Notes: generated by a model not told the origin, from the sequence alone. A DNA stretch of 63,790 bases, filler included, from an uncultured Rhodopirellula sp. (GCA_964007735.1; 5 parts of 5 records of this genome joined end to end with filler, not necessarily neighbours in it); one strand, 5' to 3'; shown: positions 9,853 through 20,634, numbered from the whole stretch's first letter. Made by a program: numbers and translations.

Positions 9853-10827
9853 GTGAGTGAAATACTGATTACAGGTGGTGCCGGATTCATCGGCTCTCAC
9901 CTCACTGAATTACTACTCACGCGGAACCACTCTGTCACAATCGTTGATGACTTGAGTACGGGAACCCCGGCCAACGTTAAACATCTCGAACATCATTCCG
10001 GTTTGACATTTGTTCATGGAGATATCGGCAACGAAGAACTCCTCAACGAAGTCATTCAAAATAAAGATCAGGTATACCACCTGGCCGCCGCTGTGGGAGT
10101 TGCACTGATTGCCAAGCAGCCAATCGAAACGATTGAGAGGAACATTTACCCGACTCAATTATTACTTGCCGCGCTGCGGGAAAGAATCGAACGCGGCGAA
10201 ACAGTGACAACTTTTTTCAGCTCCACCAGTGAGGTTTACGGGAAGAATCCAAAAGAAAGTTGGACTGAAGAAGACGACTTAGTCTTTGGCGCAACAACTC
10301 GCCCGAGATGGTCTTACGGAGTCTCCAAGGCTATTGATGAATTTCTGGCATTAGCGTGTGTAAAAGAATATAACCTCCCAATTGTGATTGGACGCTTTTT
10401 CAATGTGGTAGGGCCAAGGCAGACCGGAGCCTACGGGATGGTATTACCCAGGTTTGTACAAGCGGCTTTAGCCGGGGAACCACTTCAAGTCCATGATGAC
10501 GGGAGACAAATTCGCTGCTTCTCTCACGTGTACGATGTAACCCGAGCAATCACCAAACTAATGGAAACGCAGGAAGCCTTCGGTAAAGTCATCAACATCG
10601 GCAGCGACAATCCGATTTCTATTTTAAATCTGGCCACGCGAGTCATCGAAATCTGCGGCTCCACGTCTAATATAGAATTCCAGACTTACACGGAAGCTTA
10701 CGACGCGTCGTTTGAGGATATTCGTCGTCGAGTACCTGATCTCACGAGAATTAGAAACATGATCGGAGATCCTAATGAGCACGATATCGACCAGATAATT
10801 AACGATGTCCGCGACTCACTAACTTAA
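9853..10827 (+). CDS. NAD-dependent nucleotide-sugar epimerase/dehydratase (extended SDR)
   Basis: ILITGGAGFIGSH Rossmann motif, HLAAAVGV, STSEVYG, catalytic YGVSK, RFFNVVGPRQ. Confidence 0.93.
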   Translation: MSEILITGGAGFIGSHLTELLLTRNHSVTIVDDLSTGTPANVKHLEHHSGLTFVHGDIGNEELLNEVIQNKDQVYHLAAAVGVALIAKQPIETIERNIYPTQLLLAALRERIERGETVTTFFSSTSEVYGKNPKESWTEEDDLVFGATTRPRWSYGVSKAIDEFLALACVKEYNLPIVIGRFFNVVGPRQTGAYGMVLPRFVQAALAGEPLQVHDDGRQIRCFSHVYDVTRAITKLMETQEAFGKVINIGSDNPISILNLATRVIEICGSTSNIEFQTYTEAYDASFEDIRRRVPDLTRIRNMIGDPNEHDIDQIINDVRDSLT

Positions 10828-11858
10828 TCAGTGGGTTTAGATTGCTTCTGGATTGATGAAATAGGAGTACTGGTTCCCGGCCACATACCCTCCTGATCAC
10901 TGGACATCATCAACAATTGTAATACTCGCGGACTGATACTTTCATGCAACCTGTCAGTACGACCACTTGCATAAACGGCATTGGCTATGCCGTGATGATT
11001 ACTTGAAATCCTGGCAAACCTCATATCATCTTTGCCACGTCCGGCACCTCGCTGTTCATTCAGATCAAGGACAGCGATCACATGCACACCTTCCGGAATT
11101 GGATCTACAGGCCGCCAATGAAATAAAAGCGCGGATGGCTTTCCATCAATCCAATTACCTGAGTCAATATTTTCACTAAGCATCAATGTATGTTCCAACC
11201 CATCCTTCTCTGAAACGGATTGAAACGTATGCTCATTCCAACCGACCTGATCACCACTTAGGTGAGGGTCATCTGCAAACAACCCATTGGCAGGATAATC
11301 CACCAAGACAGCCGAAGTATTAACCCTGGGGGCATCCGGTAAACCGCCATTGGCTACGAACGATGTATAACCGCCCGGCAAAGGCTTGTCCTGCTCAAGT
11401 TCAATCGGTGGATTATCAGGACACACTAACTGAGGCAAATAAGTATTCCGCAACTGAGACTGGGCGGATTCTGAATAGTCCATGACAAAACTATCGAATA
11501 GTTTTGTGTATTCACCCTGTCGATTATCCGACTGGATGGAATACCCTTCTATCTCGTTTTGGGGTTCAAGGCCTAGTGCCGGAAGTGCCAGTAGTGGCCA
11601 ACCTACGATCCTATTGGCTTTCATTCCCTGTTCTTCAATGAATTGCGGAGGCTGCCACAGATTACGATAATTTGGAATTCGAAGGGCATTAGCCTCAGCA
11701 TGTTGAATTGCAAACCCAAGCGCCGCAAGTCGAAAATCGCACATATTGCTGCGACTCTCCATCCTACGGCCAAAGATATAGGGCCAGAGCAAACCAGCAC
11801 AAACCATCGCCAATACGATAAAGGCTAATAGTTCGCTCTTTCCAATTCCACGATTCAT
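10824..11858 (-). CDS. DUF1559 (planctomycete prepilin-like) domain protein, degenerate
   Basis: Degenerate pilin-like N-terminus (RGIGKSELL + TM helix + C..RL..LG.AI), GW...LP.L, CP, DGLEHTLMLSE, C-terminal SSNHHGIANAVYASG (variant of H-X9-DG). Confidence 0.75.
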   Translation of the reverse strand: MNRGIGKSELLAFIVLAMVCAGLLWPYIFGRRMESRSNMCDFRLAALGFAIQHAEANALRIPNYRNLWQPPQFIEEQGMKANRIVGWPLLALPALGLEPQNEIEGYSIQSDNRQGEYTKLFDSFVMDYSESAQSQLRNTYLPQLVCPDNPPIELEQDKPLPGGYTSFVANGGLPDAPRVNTSAVLVDYPANGLFADDPHLSGDQVGWNEHTFQSVSEKDGLEHTLMLSENIDSGNWIDGKPSALLFHWRPVDPIPEGVHVIAVLDLNEQRGAGRGKDDMRFARISSNHHGIANAVYASGRTDRLHESISPRVLQLLMMSSDQEGMWPGTSTPISSIQKQSKPTD

Positions 11859-12021
11859 TATTCATTCGGTTCAAAAGTGTCCTAAGTCAATAAAACATAC
11901 TGCTTAAGTGAATATATGGCAAACAACAACTTAAAACAGAATGACATTACACTAACTAATTCCGTAGAGTATTATTTAGACATTAACGGTACTTTCCTCA
12001 GAGTTAAGCTGTCCAAATCAA

Positions 12022-13569
12022 GTGATGGAAAATATGATGCCCACCTACAAAAGACGAGGCCTGACTTTGATTGAGCTTTTGGTCGCATCAACGTTAGGTC
12101 TAATGCTGGTCATTGGCGTGATGAAGGCATTTCAAGAAATTACGCGTTCGGTCACCCGTGGCAGGGCGGTCGTTAAATTGTCTGAAGATGTCCGAAGAGC
12201 TACTAATGTCTTACGATCGGACCTGGAAGGTTTAACTGTTAAGTGCATTCCCAACTTAGCTTCGAATGAAGATAGCGGTTACTTCGAATTGATTGAGGGC
12301 CCTAAGAATGATAAAAATTCAATCCCGCTCCCCAATGGACTAATCAACGATATCCCGGGCGATACCGATGATGTATTAATGTTCACTTCCAGGAGAACCA
12401 GCGATTTTTTTTCTGGAAGAATCCAGGGATATCTTCTCGGGAGCAGTGAGGGATACGAAAATCTTGAATCCCCTGATGCAGAAATTATTTACTGGCTAGA
12501 ATTGCGAAACACTGACAACGGATTTGACGGTCGAGACAATGACGGTAATGATGTTATTGACGAGGCGCAAGAACGCCTACCTCTAACCCACAACGGGATG
12601 CCCATAGGAACATTACGGCGCCGTGCTCTGCTTATTCGTCCAAACCTCAATGGGCCAGAAGGCGTCTTACTGAGGCCAAATTCGAGTGAACCAATCAAAA
12701 TAGCTCTGGATTCTGGCGGAAATCCGATTCTTAATGATCTATTTTTAATGAACTTCATCAACTCCAATGATCTTTCGATTCGATTAAATGCTGACGGCAC
12801 AATCAGTGCCAATAGTTTGGCTGACTTAACAATGCGACAAAATCGTGTCGCTCATATTCCGACCGGCATTATCAATCATGAAGACCCCGATAAGCCCAAC
12901 TACAAACGGGATCCCAACTTCCCGTATCCATTTACCGACGCCAGACTGCCATTCCAGTTTGGCTATTTTAGCAGTGATGATGTACTTTTAGAGGGCGTGA
13001 TCGGATTCGACTTGCGAGTATTTGACCCACATGTCCCCATCCAAGGAGTCGTTGAGCCAGACCCCGAAACCAATTCACCCAAAGTAATTGAAGCTTTGTC
13101 ACCGACTGACCCAGGATATAATTTTTCAGATAATACGAGGCCCGTAATAAGTTACGGAGCGTTCTCTGATTTGGGATGGCGACGTGAAACTGGGCAAATA
13201 GGTTATCGGCAAACCGATTATCTGTCGGGCTTGCCCCATCCAAAGTCGGGGCTGTTATTAAATCGACTACAGGATGAGAGTGACGACGATTACAAAATTA
13301 GATTGCAGAATTCTCTCTTTATTTACGACACCTGGACTCAAAGATATGAACGTGATGGGATTAATCAAGATCAAGACAATATGATCGATGAGGGAACTAA
13401 CGGGATTGATGACGATGGTAAAAACGGGATCGATGATCCGGGCGAATCCGAAACACACCCCCCCTATAACGTTCCGCTTCGTGGAATTCAGGTAATCATT
13501 CGTGCTTTTGAAACGGGCCAACAACAGTTGCGGCAAGCTACTGTGTCTCATAACTTCACTTCGGAATAA
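12022..13569 (+). CDS. Prepilin-type N-terminal cleavage/methylation protein (PulJ/PilW-like minor pilin) with Asp-rich repeats
   Basis: KRRG|LTLIELLVA class III signal (true start may be ATG 12034/12037); DNDGNDVIDE and DQDNMIDEG/DDDGKNGIDD repeats; C-terminal PPYNVPLRGIQVIIR. Confidence 0.82.
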   Translation: MMENMMPTYKRRGLTLIELLVASTLGLMLVIGVMKAFQEITRSVTRGRAVVKLSEDVRRATNVLRSDLEGLTVKCIPNLASNEDSGYFELIEGPKNDKNSIPLPNGLINDIPGDTDDVLMFTSRRTSDFFSGRIQGYLLGSSEGYENLESPDAEIIYWLELRNTDNGFDGRDNDGNDVIDEAQERLPLTHNGMPIGTLRRRALLIRPNLNGPEGVLLRPNSSEPIKIALDSGGNPILNDLFLMNFINSNDLSIRLNADGTISANSLADLTMRQNRVAHIPTGIINHEDPDKPNYKRDPNFPYPFTDARLPFQFGYFSSDDVLLEGVIGFDLRVFDPHVPIQGVVEPDPETNSPKVIEALSPTDPGYNFSDNTRPVISYGAFSDLGWRRETGQIGYRQTDYLSGLPHPKSGLLLNRLQDESDDDYKIRLQNSLFIYDTWTQRYERDGINQDQDNMIDEGTNGIDDDGKNGIDDPGESETHPPYNVPLRGIQVIIRAFETGQQQLRQATVSHNFTSE

Positions 13570-13581
13570 AGACTGGCTACG

Positions 13582-14064
13582 ATGCATACAATCCGGTTAC
13601 ATGGTCCGTGGCAATACACGCCAATCGCCACGACCCGCTGGACTAAGTCCGGTGAATCCGAAGAAACGGGCACGGAAGTCCCCCCCCCCGGCTCCATGAA
13701 GATCCCCTGCGATTGGAGTGATTCATTGGGCTCAACTTTCCGCGGTAAAGTTCTATTTCAACGTCACTTTCACAAACCAACAGGTTTGGAAGATGGTGAC
13801 TGCATTCGAATTCGCATCGACCAGGTGAACGCGCTGGCCGATATCTTTCTCAATCATAAAGCGATCGGATCGACCTCAGTCGAAAATGGAAGTACCGCAT
13901 TTGAAATTGAAGACGAACTTGAGCCACGGAATCTTTTGGAAATCCTTGTAGATTTGCCACTTGTAGATAGAGAAAGTGCCAACCTAATTACCGTTGATGG
14001 TTTCTCTGGTGGTATCACGGGAGAAGTCCAGATAGAAATCGAACCCGCTCGTCCGGCAGGCTGA
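13582..14064 (+). CDS. Small protein resembling the GH2 N-terminal sugar-binding (galactose-binding-like) domain
   Basis: IRLHGPWQ...IPCDW...GKVLFQRHFHKPTGL...N.L.I.V...GGITGEVQIEI pattern; no catalytic domain. Confidence 0.6.
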   Translation: MHTIRLHGPWQYTPIATTRWTKSGESEETGTEVPPPGSMKIPCDWSDSLGSTFRGKVLFQRHFHKPTGLEDGDCIRIRIDQVNALADIFLNHKAIGSTSVENGSTAFEIEDELEPRNLLEILVDLPLVDRESANLITVDGFSGGITGEVQIEIEPARPAG

Positions 14065-14165
14065 GCAGTTATTCAAAAACGTACCCAACTACTTCGGTAC
14101 GAACCACGCTATAATAGACGCCGAGGAAATAGTGTTTACTTATTCGTCTTTTCTAATCTGAACGC

Positions 14166-14290
14166 ATGAAAAATTCTCTTCTCCCACTAATGTCGCTGTT
14201 GCTGATCCTTTTCCTTTCCACTGGTTGCGGAGAAGGCCCGACGCCTGTCGCCAAAGGTAAGCCCTCCGTTCAAACCGAAGAACTGCCGAA
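14166..14290 (+). CDS. Lipoprotein, 5' fragment truncated by contig end
   Basis: Manual translation MKNSLLPLMSLLLILFLSTGCGEGPTPVAKGKPSVQTEELP with lipobox-like STG-C; open to the gap; not in the ORF track. Confidence 0.7.
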
Positions 14291-14390
14291 NNNNNNNNNN
14301 NNNNNNNNNNNNNNNNNNNNNNNNNNNNNNNNNNTTAATTAATTAANNNNNNNNNNNNNNNNNNNNNNNNNNNNNNNNNNNNNNNNNNNN
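14291..14390. other. Artificial contig linker
   Basis: 44 N + TTAATTAATTAA + 44 N. Confidence 0.99.
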
Positions 14391-16321
14391 CCTCCAATCT
14401 GTGTGTTGAGTTCTCCGGTGGCCTGCATGATTGCGTCGCGCCATGATTCTACGTCCATTCTACGAGGCGAGTGCCGCCATAGGAATTGGTTGTCCCCGTC
14501 CACTAAATAATGTTCTTCGTTAAAGGCACTACTCTGCCGATACGTTGCGGACAGTAGGATTTCCCGATGAAGTCGTTTGAGTGACCAGTCGTTTTCGACG
14601 AGTTCTGCGGCGAGCCAGTCCAGCAATAACGGATGGCTAGGTTTGTTTCCCAGAGTGCCGAAGTTGCTAGGAGACATGACGATCGGGCGGCCGAAGTGAT
14701 GTAACCAGAGGCGATTGACGATTACACGCGTCGTCAGCGGATTATTCCGGCTGGCCACTGAATCTGCAAGCTGTTTGCGACCGCTTCCAATATCGTAAAG
14801 CGTAGGTTGCTCACCTTCTACAATACGAAGGAATCGGCGAGGAGCTTCCGGGCCCTGTTTTCGAATGTCGCCGCGAAGGGCCACCTTCATATTTCCGGAA
14901 CCGGTATCACGCAGTGTATGGGCTTCCTCGAAGCGTGGGGGAACTCTTTGCTGCGCTTCATCACGTTGTTTCTGTAGTTGATCACGTTTGGCCTTTTGTT
15001 CAGCGGAAGCATTGTCGCCAGCCTTTTTCAGATCGTCGTTAGCTTTTTTGAGTTCATTGTTGAGTCGGTTCACTTCCCCTTGCGCCTGATTAAAGGCATT
15101 GACGATCGTTTGGGCTGAGATCGGTGATAACACCGAGGCTGAGTTGTTAAAAATCCCTGCAAGTGAATAGTAGTCCAGTGTGGGTATGGGGTCGAATTTA
15201 TGATCATGGCAGCGAGCACAAGCAACTGTGAGTCCCATAAATCCACGAGTCAGCGTATCAACGCGGTCATCGAGTGTTTCGGATTTGGCCGCCGCGGCAC
15301 TGTCTGGATCGCCACCATCGGTACGGAAGGTCGGACCCAGGGCTAAGAATCCGGTGCCAATGGAAGATTCCACGTCCCCTTCAATGTCCCCAGCGATTTG
15401 TTGTTTGACAAATTCGTCATATGGGAAGTCTGAATTTAATTTACGTACGACCCAATCTCGATATCGCCAGGCGTGAGGGTTGGGGCCATTATCCGTAAAC
15501 CCACCAAAACCTTCGTTATAACGCGCGACATCGAGCCAGTGGCGTCCCCACTTTTCCCCATAATATGGCGAGCTTAGTAATTGGTCGACCAGCTCTGCAT
15601 AGGCTTCGGGTGAATCGGATTCGATAAATTCATCGACTTGTGACTGAGTTGGCTGTATACCCAGCACGTCAACATATAACCTCCGGATCAGCGTGCGACG
15701 ATCCGCTTCCGCAGATGGGGCTAGGAGATTACTGTCTAATTTAGCCAAAATGAAATAGTCGATTCCGGATTCAGGCCAATCGCGGTCGCTAACGCCGGGA
15801 AGATCAGGGCGGAGCACGGGTTGAAAAGACCAATGACTTCTTTGTGCTTCCTGCCAATTCACGACCTGGTCGTCGCCTGAAGCCGACGGCGTTTCGCTGG
15901 CAGGCCAGGGTGCGCCGTTTGCGATCCATTGTTCGAGTAACTCTATCTCTTTTGACGACAGCTTGCCGTCGGGGGGCATTTCATAGCTTTGATACTTGAC
16001 CGATGAGATGAGCAGGCTGTCCTCCGGTTTGCCGGGGATGATAGCCGTACCAGAATCGCCTCCGGTAAGCAAACCTTCTCGGCTATCAAGTAATAGTCCC
16101 CCTTTAGGAGGTTGTGAGTCTGAACTATGACATTGATAGCAATGTTTGATTAGCAGTGGACGGATACTTGTTTCAAATGCTTCCAGTTGCTGGGGCGTGA
16201 AATCAGCCTGATCTTTATCCTGTCCGATTACCTTAGGAACGAGGAAGGTTACGGTGAGCAGGAATACAGTGCATCGGGCCAGCAAGGGCTTCACCTTAAG
16301 GGGGGGGGATGTCGCTTTCAT
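14391..16321 (-). CDS. Planctomycete cytochrome c + DUF1549 + DUF1553 (PSD1) protein, 3' truncated
   Basis: Signal peptide, [48 protein letters not shown]; runs into gap. Confidence 0.92.
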
Positions 16322-16372
16322 TTTGTTATTGTAACAAAGTTAAGCGCGATCGCCGATGCTGATTTAGACCAC

Positions 16373-17278
16373 TTAGGGAAGCAGTAATTCCGGTAATACA
16401 GGAGTGGCACCATGCTGCGAAGCCACAAAGGCTCCTAGTTTATTCGCGAGTTTAACGGTTTCTTCCAGAGAAAACTTAAGTATCGTGCCGGCAATTATGC
16501 CGGCGGTACAGGCGTCACCAGCTCCGACAGAATCAGCATTCTTGGCGGGGGGGAAATTGATCGGAGATCCAGAGGTGATAGCCTCCTTGGTAATCACGGT
16601 GGTGCCAAGGTCGCCCTGAGTGTAAACGAGAAAACGCAAATTAAAGTCAGACCGAATCGTCCGGCAAATTTCTAGTGTGTCATCCTGGTTAGCCAGTCCT
16701 AGTGAGGTAGCCACCAGCGGTACCTCTTCGTGATTCAGCTTGAGAATATCAGCGTGTTCACATCCGTGTAGGATGGTGTCCGCATCGAAATAATGCTGTC
16801 TGATATTTACGTCAAAGACACGAATGGCGTGGCTTGCAGTCTCGACAAACCTCCTAATTGTCTCGCGACTTTGAGGACTGCGTTGACCGAGCGTTCCAAA
16901 GCAAACCACGGCGGTGTTTTTGCACAATTTGTCAAGGAGGTCGTCCCATTGGTAGTGGTCCCAGCACGCATTTTCAACGATCTCGAATTGATGCCCGTCC
17001 TCTACGCGATGCACTATCGCCTTGCCTGTCGCCCGCAGTGGATCATGCTGTATATATTGTGTGGCCAATCCAAACCGCCTGAGACTGGAAACGGCCCGTT
17101 CGGCCAAATCATCATTTCCTAGACGAACGGCGGCCGCTCCCTGAAATCCATGGGCGTTTAATATCTGGTGAGCCTGGATAGCAAAATTTACAGGGGCGCC
17201 ACCGAGTACCGGCTGGTCATCGATAAAGTCGAAAAGTAGTTCCCCGAGGCCGACGATGTATTTAGATTGATTACCCAC
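16373..17278 (-). CDS. PfkB-family carbohydrate kinase (fructokinase-like)
   Basis: GLGELLFD, GGAPVNFA, FDVNIR, LKLNHEE, DSVGAGDA signature. Confidence 0.92.
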   Translation of the reverse strand: MGNQSKYIVGLGELLFDFIDDQPVLGGAPVNFAIQAHQILNAHGFQGAAAVRLGNDDLAERAVSSLRRFGLATQYIQHDPLRATGKAIVHRVEDGHQFEIVENACWDHYQWDDLLDKLCKNTAVVCFGTLGQRSPQSRETIRRFVETASHAIRVFDVNIRQHYFDADTILHGCEHADILKLNHEEVPLVATSLGLANQDDTLEICRTIRSDFNLRFLVYTQGDLGTTVITKEAITSGSPINFPPAKNADSVGAGDACTAGIIAGTILKFSLEETVKLANKLGAFVASQHGATPVLPELLLP

Positions 17279-17387
17279 GGTTTAATCTTAACTTATGAAC
17301 GAATAGAGTGTTGTCTGTGAAGATCGCTTGTCGGTAATAGGTAGACGGCCTATAGCTCGATTGTTTTTAGTCGTAATATCGCCATAG

Positions 17388-18758
17388 CTAGCTGGGTTGT
17401 TCCGTACTGGCGTCCGGTTTGCCTGAATTGATCTTCAAAAACTTTGCAGCAATAAAGGAGAGCGGAGCTCCCACGAAACTTAGGAGAGCGCCCATTTTGG
17501 CTCCATCTAAAATGGCTTGGTCGGCGCCCTTGAAAGCTGCTGTCGAGACGAACAGAGCGACGGTAAAACCGATAGAGGAAATGATTCCAATCAGAAGAAT
17601 ATGACGCATGGTCATGCCCGATGGTATTTCCAGTCTAAACACTGATTTCGCCAGCAAGGTAAATAGGCAGATTCCGACTGGCTTCCCAACCAAAAGTCCA
17701 AAGAGTACCAGGTAGGTTCCAGCACCCAGAGTGTTAATAACGACCCCCGCGTTCGCCAGACCGAATAGGCCGAGGATAATCTCGATAGGATTTTTCCACC
17801 AATGCATCATAGCATTAAGAGTGTCGTCTCGATTTAGTTCTTCGCGGGCGAAAATTCCAAGATCCGTGTGAGCATGCGGTAAGCACGGAACGATTGGCAC
17901 AAGTCCCAGAGCAGGATGGATTCCAGCCAAGTCAAAGGAGACCCAACAGAGAACACCTGGACCTAGCAGGTAGGGCCAGAAACTTTGAACTTTTGCTTTG
18001 CTGAAGCCCCAGCAAATAAGCATGGAGGTGATCGTAAGTAAAAACCACTGAGGCTCGATAGCTTTACTAGGGTAGAAGATAGCTAAGATGACCAGTCCGG
18101 CAGCGTCATCCGCGATCGCTAATAGTAGCAGGAATGCTATGGCTGGGTGGGTTGGCCCGAAAATGAGTCGAGCGACCATGTAAGTAAAGGCGATATCCGT
18201 GGCGCAGGGGATTGCCCATCCCCGCCCGTAGGACTCCGTTTCGCCGAGAATGGCTGCCAGTCCAATATAAAGAAGGGCTGGCCCGGCAATTCCACCCACG
18301 GTCGCAAGCAGTGGAGTAGCCGCTTTCTTTGGATTAGAAAGGGAGCCGCCAGGTAGCAAGGCTTCCCAGACTTCGCCTGCGGCGGTTGCGAAAAACAGTG
18401 CCATCAGAATGTCGTTAATTAGGAAGTGTAAGTTGATTCCGTGGTTTTGGCCGTTTTCATCGGGTCGTTCCACGACGCGGTGATAAATATCGGCGAGGAA
18501 TCCTCGACTTTCGCTTTGATTTTCTGCGGGAATCTCGAGAAGATGCTCGTCGTGGTCTACCCCCTCGTGAGGATGCATGTCATCTGCATGATGGTGGGCG
18601 TCCCCGCCGACGATCGTGTAATGGACTAAACTTTCGTAAGACTCACTGTTTGTATTCGCCCAAAGAAGTGCAGCAAGCGTACCTGCTATGAGAAAGATGG
18701 AATTCTCAAACAGGAAGCTGATAGGTTTTGGAAGGCGACTTGGGGCGGTTTGTGACAT
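17388..18758 (-). CDS. nhaA: Na+/H+ antiporter NhaA with His-rich insertion
   Basis: INDILMALFF, GWAIPCATDIAF, LLAIADD (twin Asp), GKPVGI, IGFTVALFV. Confidence 0.93.
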   Translation of the reverse strand: MSQTAPSRLPKPISFLFENSIFLIAGTLAALLWANTNSESYESLVHYTIVGGDAHHHADDMHPHEGVDHDEHLLEIPAENQSESRGFLADIYHRVVERPDENGQNHGINLHFLINDILMALFFATAAGEVWEALLPGGSLSNPKKAATPLLATVGGIAGPALLYIGLAAILGETESYGRGWAIPCATDIAFTYMVARLIFGPTHPAIAFLLLLAIADDAAGLVILAIFYPSKAIEPQWFLLTITSMLICWGFSKAKVQSFWPYLLGPGVLCWVSFDLAGIHPALGLVPIVPCLPHAHTDLGIFAREELNRDDTLNAMMHWWKNPIEIILGLFGLANAGVVINTLGAGTYLVLFGLLVGKPVGICLFTLLAKSVFRLEIPSGMTMRHILLIGIISSIGFTVALFVSTAAFKGADQAILDGAKMGALLSFVGAPLSFIAAKFLKINSGKPDASTEQPS

Positions 18759-19111
18759 GGGTGTCGGTCAGTCTCAGATGTGTTGGCGGTTTGCGCGATG
18801 TTAGGACCAAGTCCTTATTTTGCCAAGATTAGGCTGTTTTTGGTAGCGGGGTGTTGTAAAGAAGAGGGGAAGTTGTCTATATTCAGGGTGGTTTAACTAC
18901 TTAACGTTTCCTCTCCAGGCCTCTGAAAACGCATGGCGGTGTGTTTGAGCTTGGTTCGAGGTTAACCTTTGTCCCACCTGACGATGCGTTTCAAGCTTGG
19001 AACGTATTTGTGTTGTACAGGTATGATGTTACTTGTTTTAAGTGACCCTTCTGGACATCTCTCGGGCCTAGCTGGCACATTTTGTTCTTTTTGATCGAGA
19101 AGGAGATGGGC

Positions 19112-20599
19112 ATGAATCGTCTATTTCAATTTGGAGTGCTAACAGCTGTGTTGTTGGCAATGTTGAGTGTCCCTGTGTTAGTAGGGGCACAAGAGGAGGC
19201 AGCAGCGGATCCTGTGGCCGAAACGGAGACGTCAGAAGTGCCGGGCGCAGAAGACCCGACAGAAGACGAAATTGCAGAGACTGCTGATACTGAAGATGCA
19301 ATGGTCGCCAATCAGGGGGCAGGTACGCCGCCTGAACCAGACCCTAACGTCAATGCGGCCGATTACTGGAGTGCGTACGAGACCGATGAAATTGCATGGA
19401 CACTAAATAACCTGTGGATCATGATTTGTGGTTGTTTGGTATTCATTATGCATTTGGGCTTTGCAAGCCTCGAGTGTGGTTTGACTCGCCAAAAAAATAC
19501 GATCAATATTCTTTTTAAGAACACGATGATTATTTCGATTGGATTGTTGACCTATGCGTTGGTTGGCTTCAATTTGATGTATCCTGGATTTGAGGAAGGC
19601 GAAGGATTCCTGAAGCTTTCCGCGATCCCTAGCTTTATCACCACCAACGATGTTGCCGCGCTGTCCCCGGAATATAATGCTGGCTACACCTGGTACACAG
19701 ACTTCTTTTTTCAGGCCATGTTCGCTGCTACCTGTGCAACGATCGTTTCCGGAGCCGTTGCTGGGCGTATTAAACTGAGTTCATTCCTTGTGTTTAGCAC
19801 TTGTTTGCTCGTTTTCTGTTATCCAGTAACAGGCGCGTGGAAATGGGGCGGAGGTTGGCTAGATCAGGCGGGCTTCTATGATTTTGCTGGTTCCACGCTA
19901 GTTCACTCTGTAGGTGGTTGGGCCGCATTGGTCATGGCCATCATTCTTGGCCCTCGACTTGGGAAATATAATGCGGATGGTACGTCTAACGCCATTCCGG
20001 GAAGTAACATGCCCCTGGTTGCTGTAGGGGTCTTTTTACTGTGGTTTGGATGGTTCGGCTTCAACGGTGGTAGTGTACTGACGGCAAACGCCGTTAGTGT
20101 CTCACTTGTATTGGTTACCACCTCGATGGCGGCCGCCGCTGGTGGTCTAGCCGCCGGCTTGACCTCCTGGCTAATGGATAAGAAACCTGATGTTTCCATG
20201 GCACTCAACGGTATTCTCGCAGGTTTGGTTGGCATTACCGCGGGTGCCGATTTGATGAGCGTCGCCGAAGCGGTCGTTATCGGGGCAATTTCCGGTGTCC
20301 TTGTATACTTTAGTGTTGTATTTGTGGACAAGAAGATTGACGATCCTGTTGGCGCTGTCAGTGTGCACTTGGTTTGCGGTATTTGGGGTACGCTGGCTTG
20401 CGGCATCTTCGGCGATCTGGCTGGAGTAGGCCAACTTATCACTCAATTGCAGGGCGTTCTTGCGGTGGGCTTCTATGTTGTGATCTTTACAGCAGTCGCC
20501 GGACTGGCCATTAAGAATACCATAGGAATTCGAGTGGATCCGGAAGAGGAAGAAGTCGGGCTTGATGTATCAGAACACGGAATGAAGGCTTATAACTAA
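19112..20599 (+). CDS. amtB: Ammonium transporter (Amt) with signal peptide and acidic N-terminal extension
   Basis: FQAMFAAT..TIVSGAVAGR, DFAGSTLVHSVGGW, LLWFGWFGFNGGS, NGILAGLVGITA, DDPVGAVSVH. Start chosen at the ATG 6 nt after AAGGAG. Confidence 0.95.
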   Translation: MNRLFQFGVLTAVLLAMLSVPVLVGAQEEAAADPVAETETSEVPGAEDPTEDEIAETADTEDAMVANQGAGTPPEPDPNVNAADYWSAYETDEIAWTLNNLWIMICGCLVFIMHLGFASLECGLTRQKNTINILFKNTMIISIGLLTYALVGFNLMYPGFEEGEGFLKLSAIPSFITTNDVAALSPEYNAGYTWYTDFFFQAMFAATCATIVSGAVAGRIKLSSFLVFSTCLLVFCYPVTGAWKWGGGWLDQAGFYDFAGSTLVHSVGGWAALVMAIILGPRLGKYNADGTSNAIPGSNMPLVAVGVFLLWFGWFGFNGGSVLTANAVSVSLVLVTTSMAAAAGGLAAGLTSWLMDKKPDVSMALNGILAGLVGITAGADLMSVAEAVVIGAISGVLVYFSVVFVDKKIDDPVGAVSVHLVCGIWGTLACGIFGDLAGVGQLITQLQGVLAVGFYVVIFTAVAGLAIKNTIGIRVDPEEEEVGLDVSEHGMKAYN

Positions 20600-20634
20600 A
20601 GCTTCTCCGACTCTGTTGTACATTTAATCCGTTT

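Noticed and set aside
14291..14390. TTAATTAATTAA palindrome repeated four times (also at 28366, 42346, 55934)
   Set aside because: Always centred in 44+44 N; a synthetic all-frame stop linker, not a biological repeat
18990..19090. Sigma54-like elements upstream of amt (TGGAACG..., TGGCAC...)
   Set aside because: Neither has GC at the required 10-nt spacing after GG
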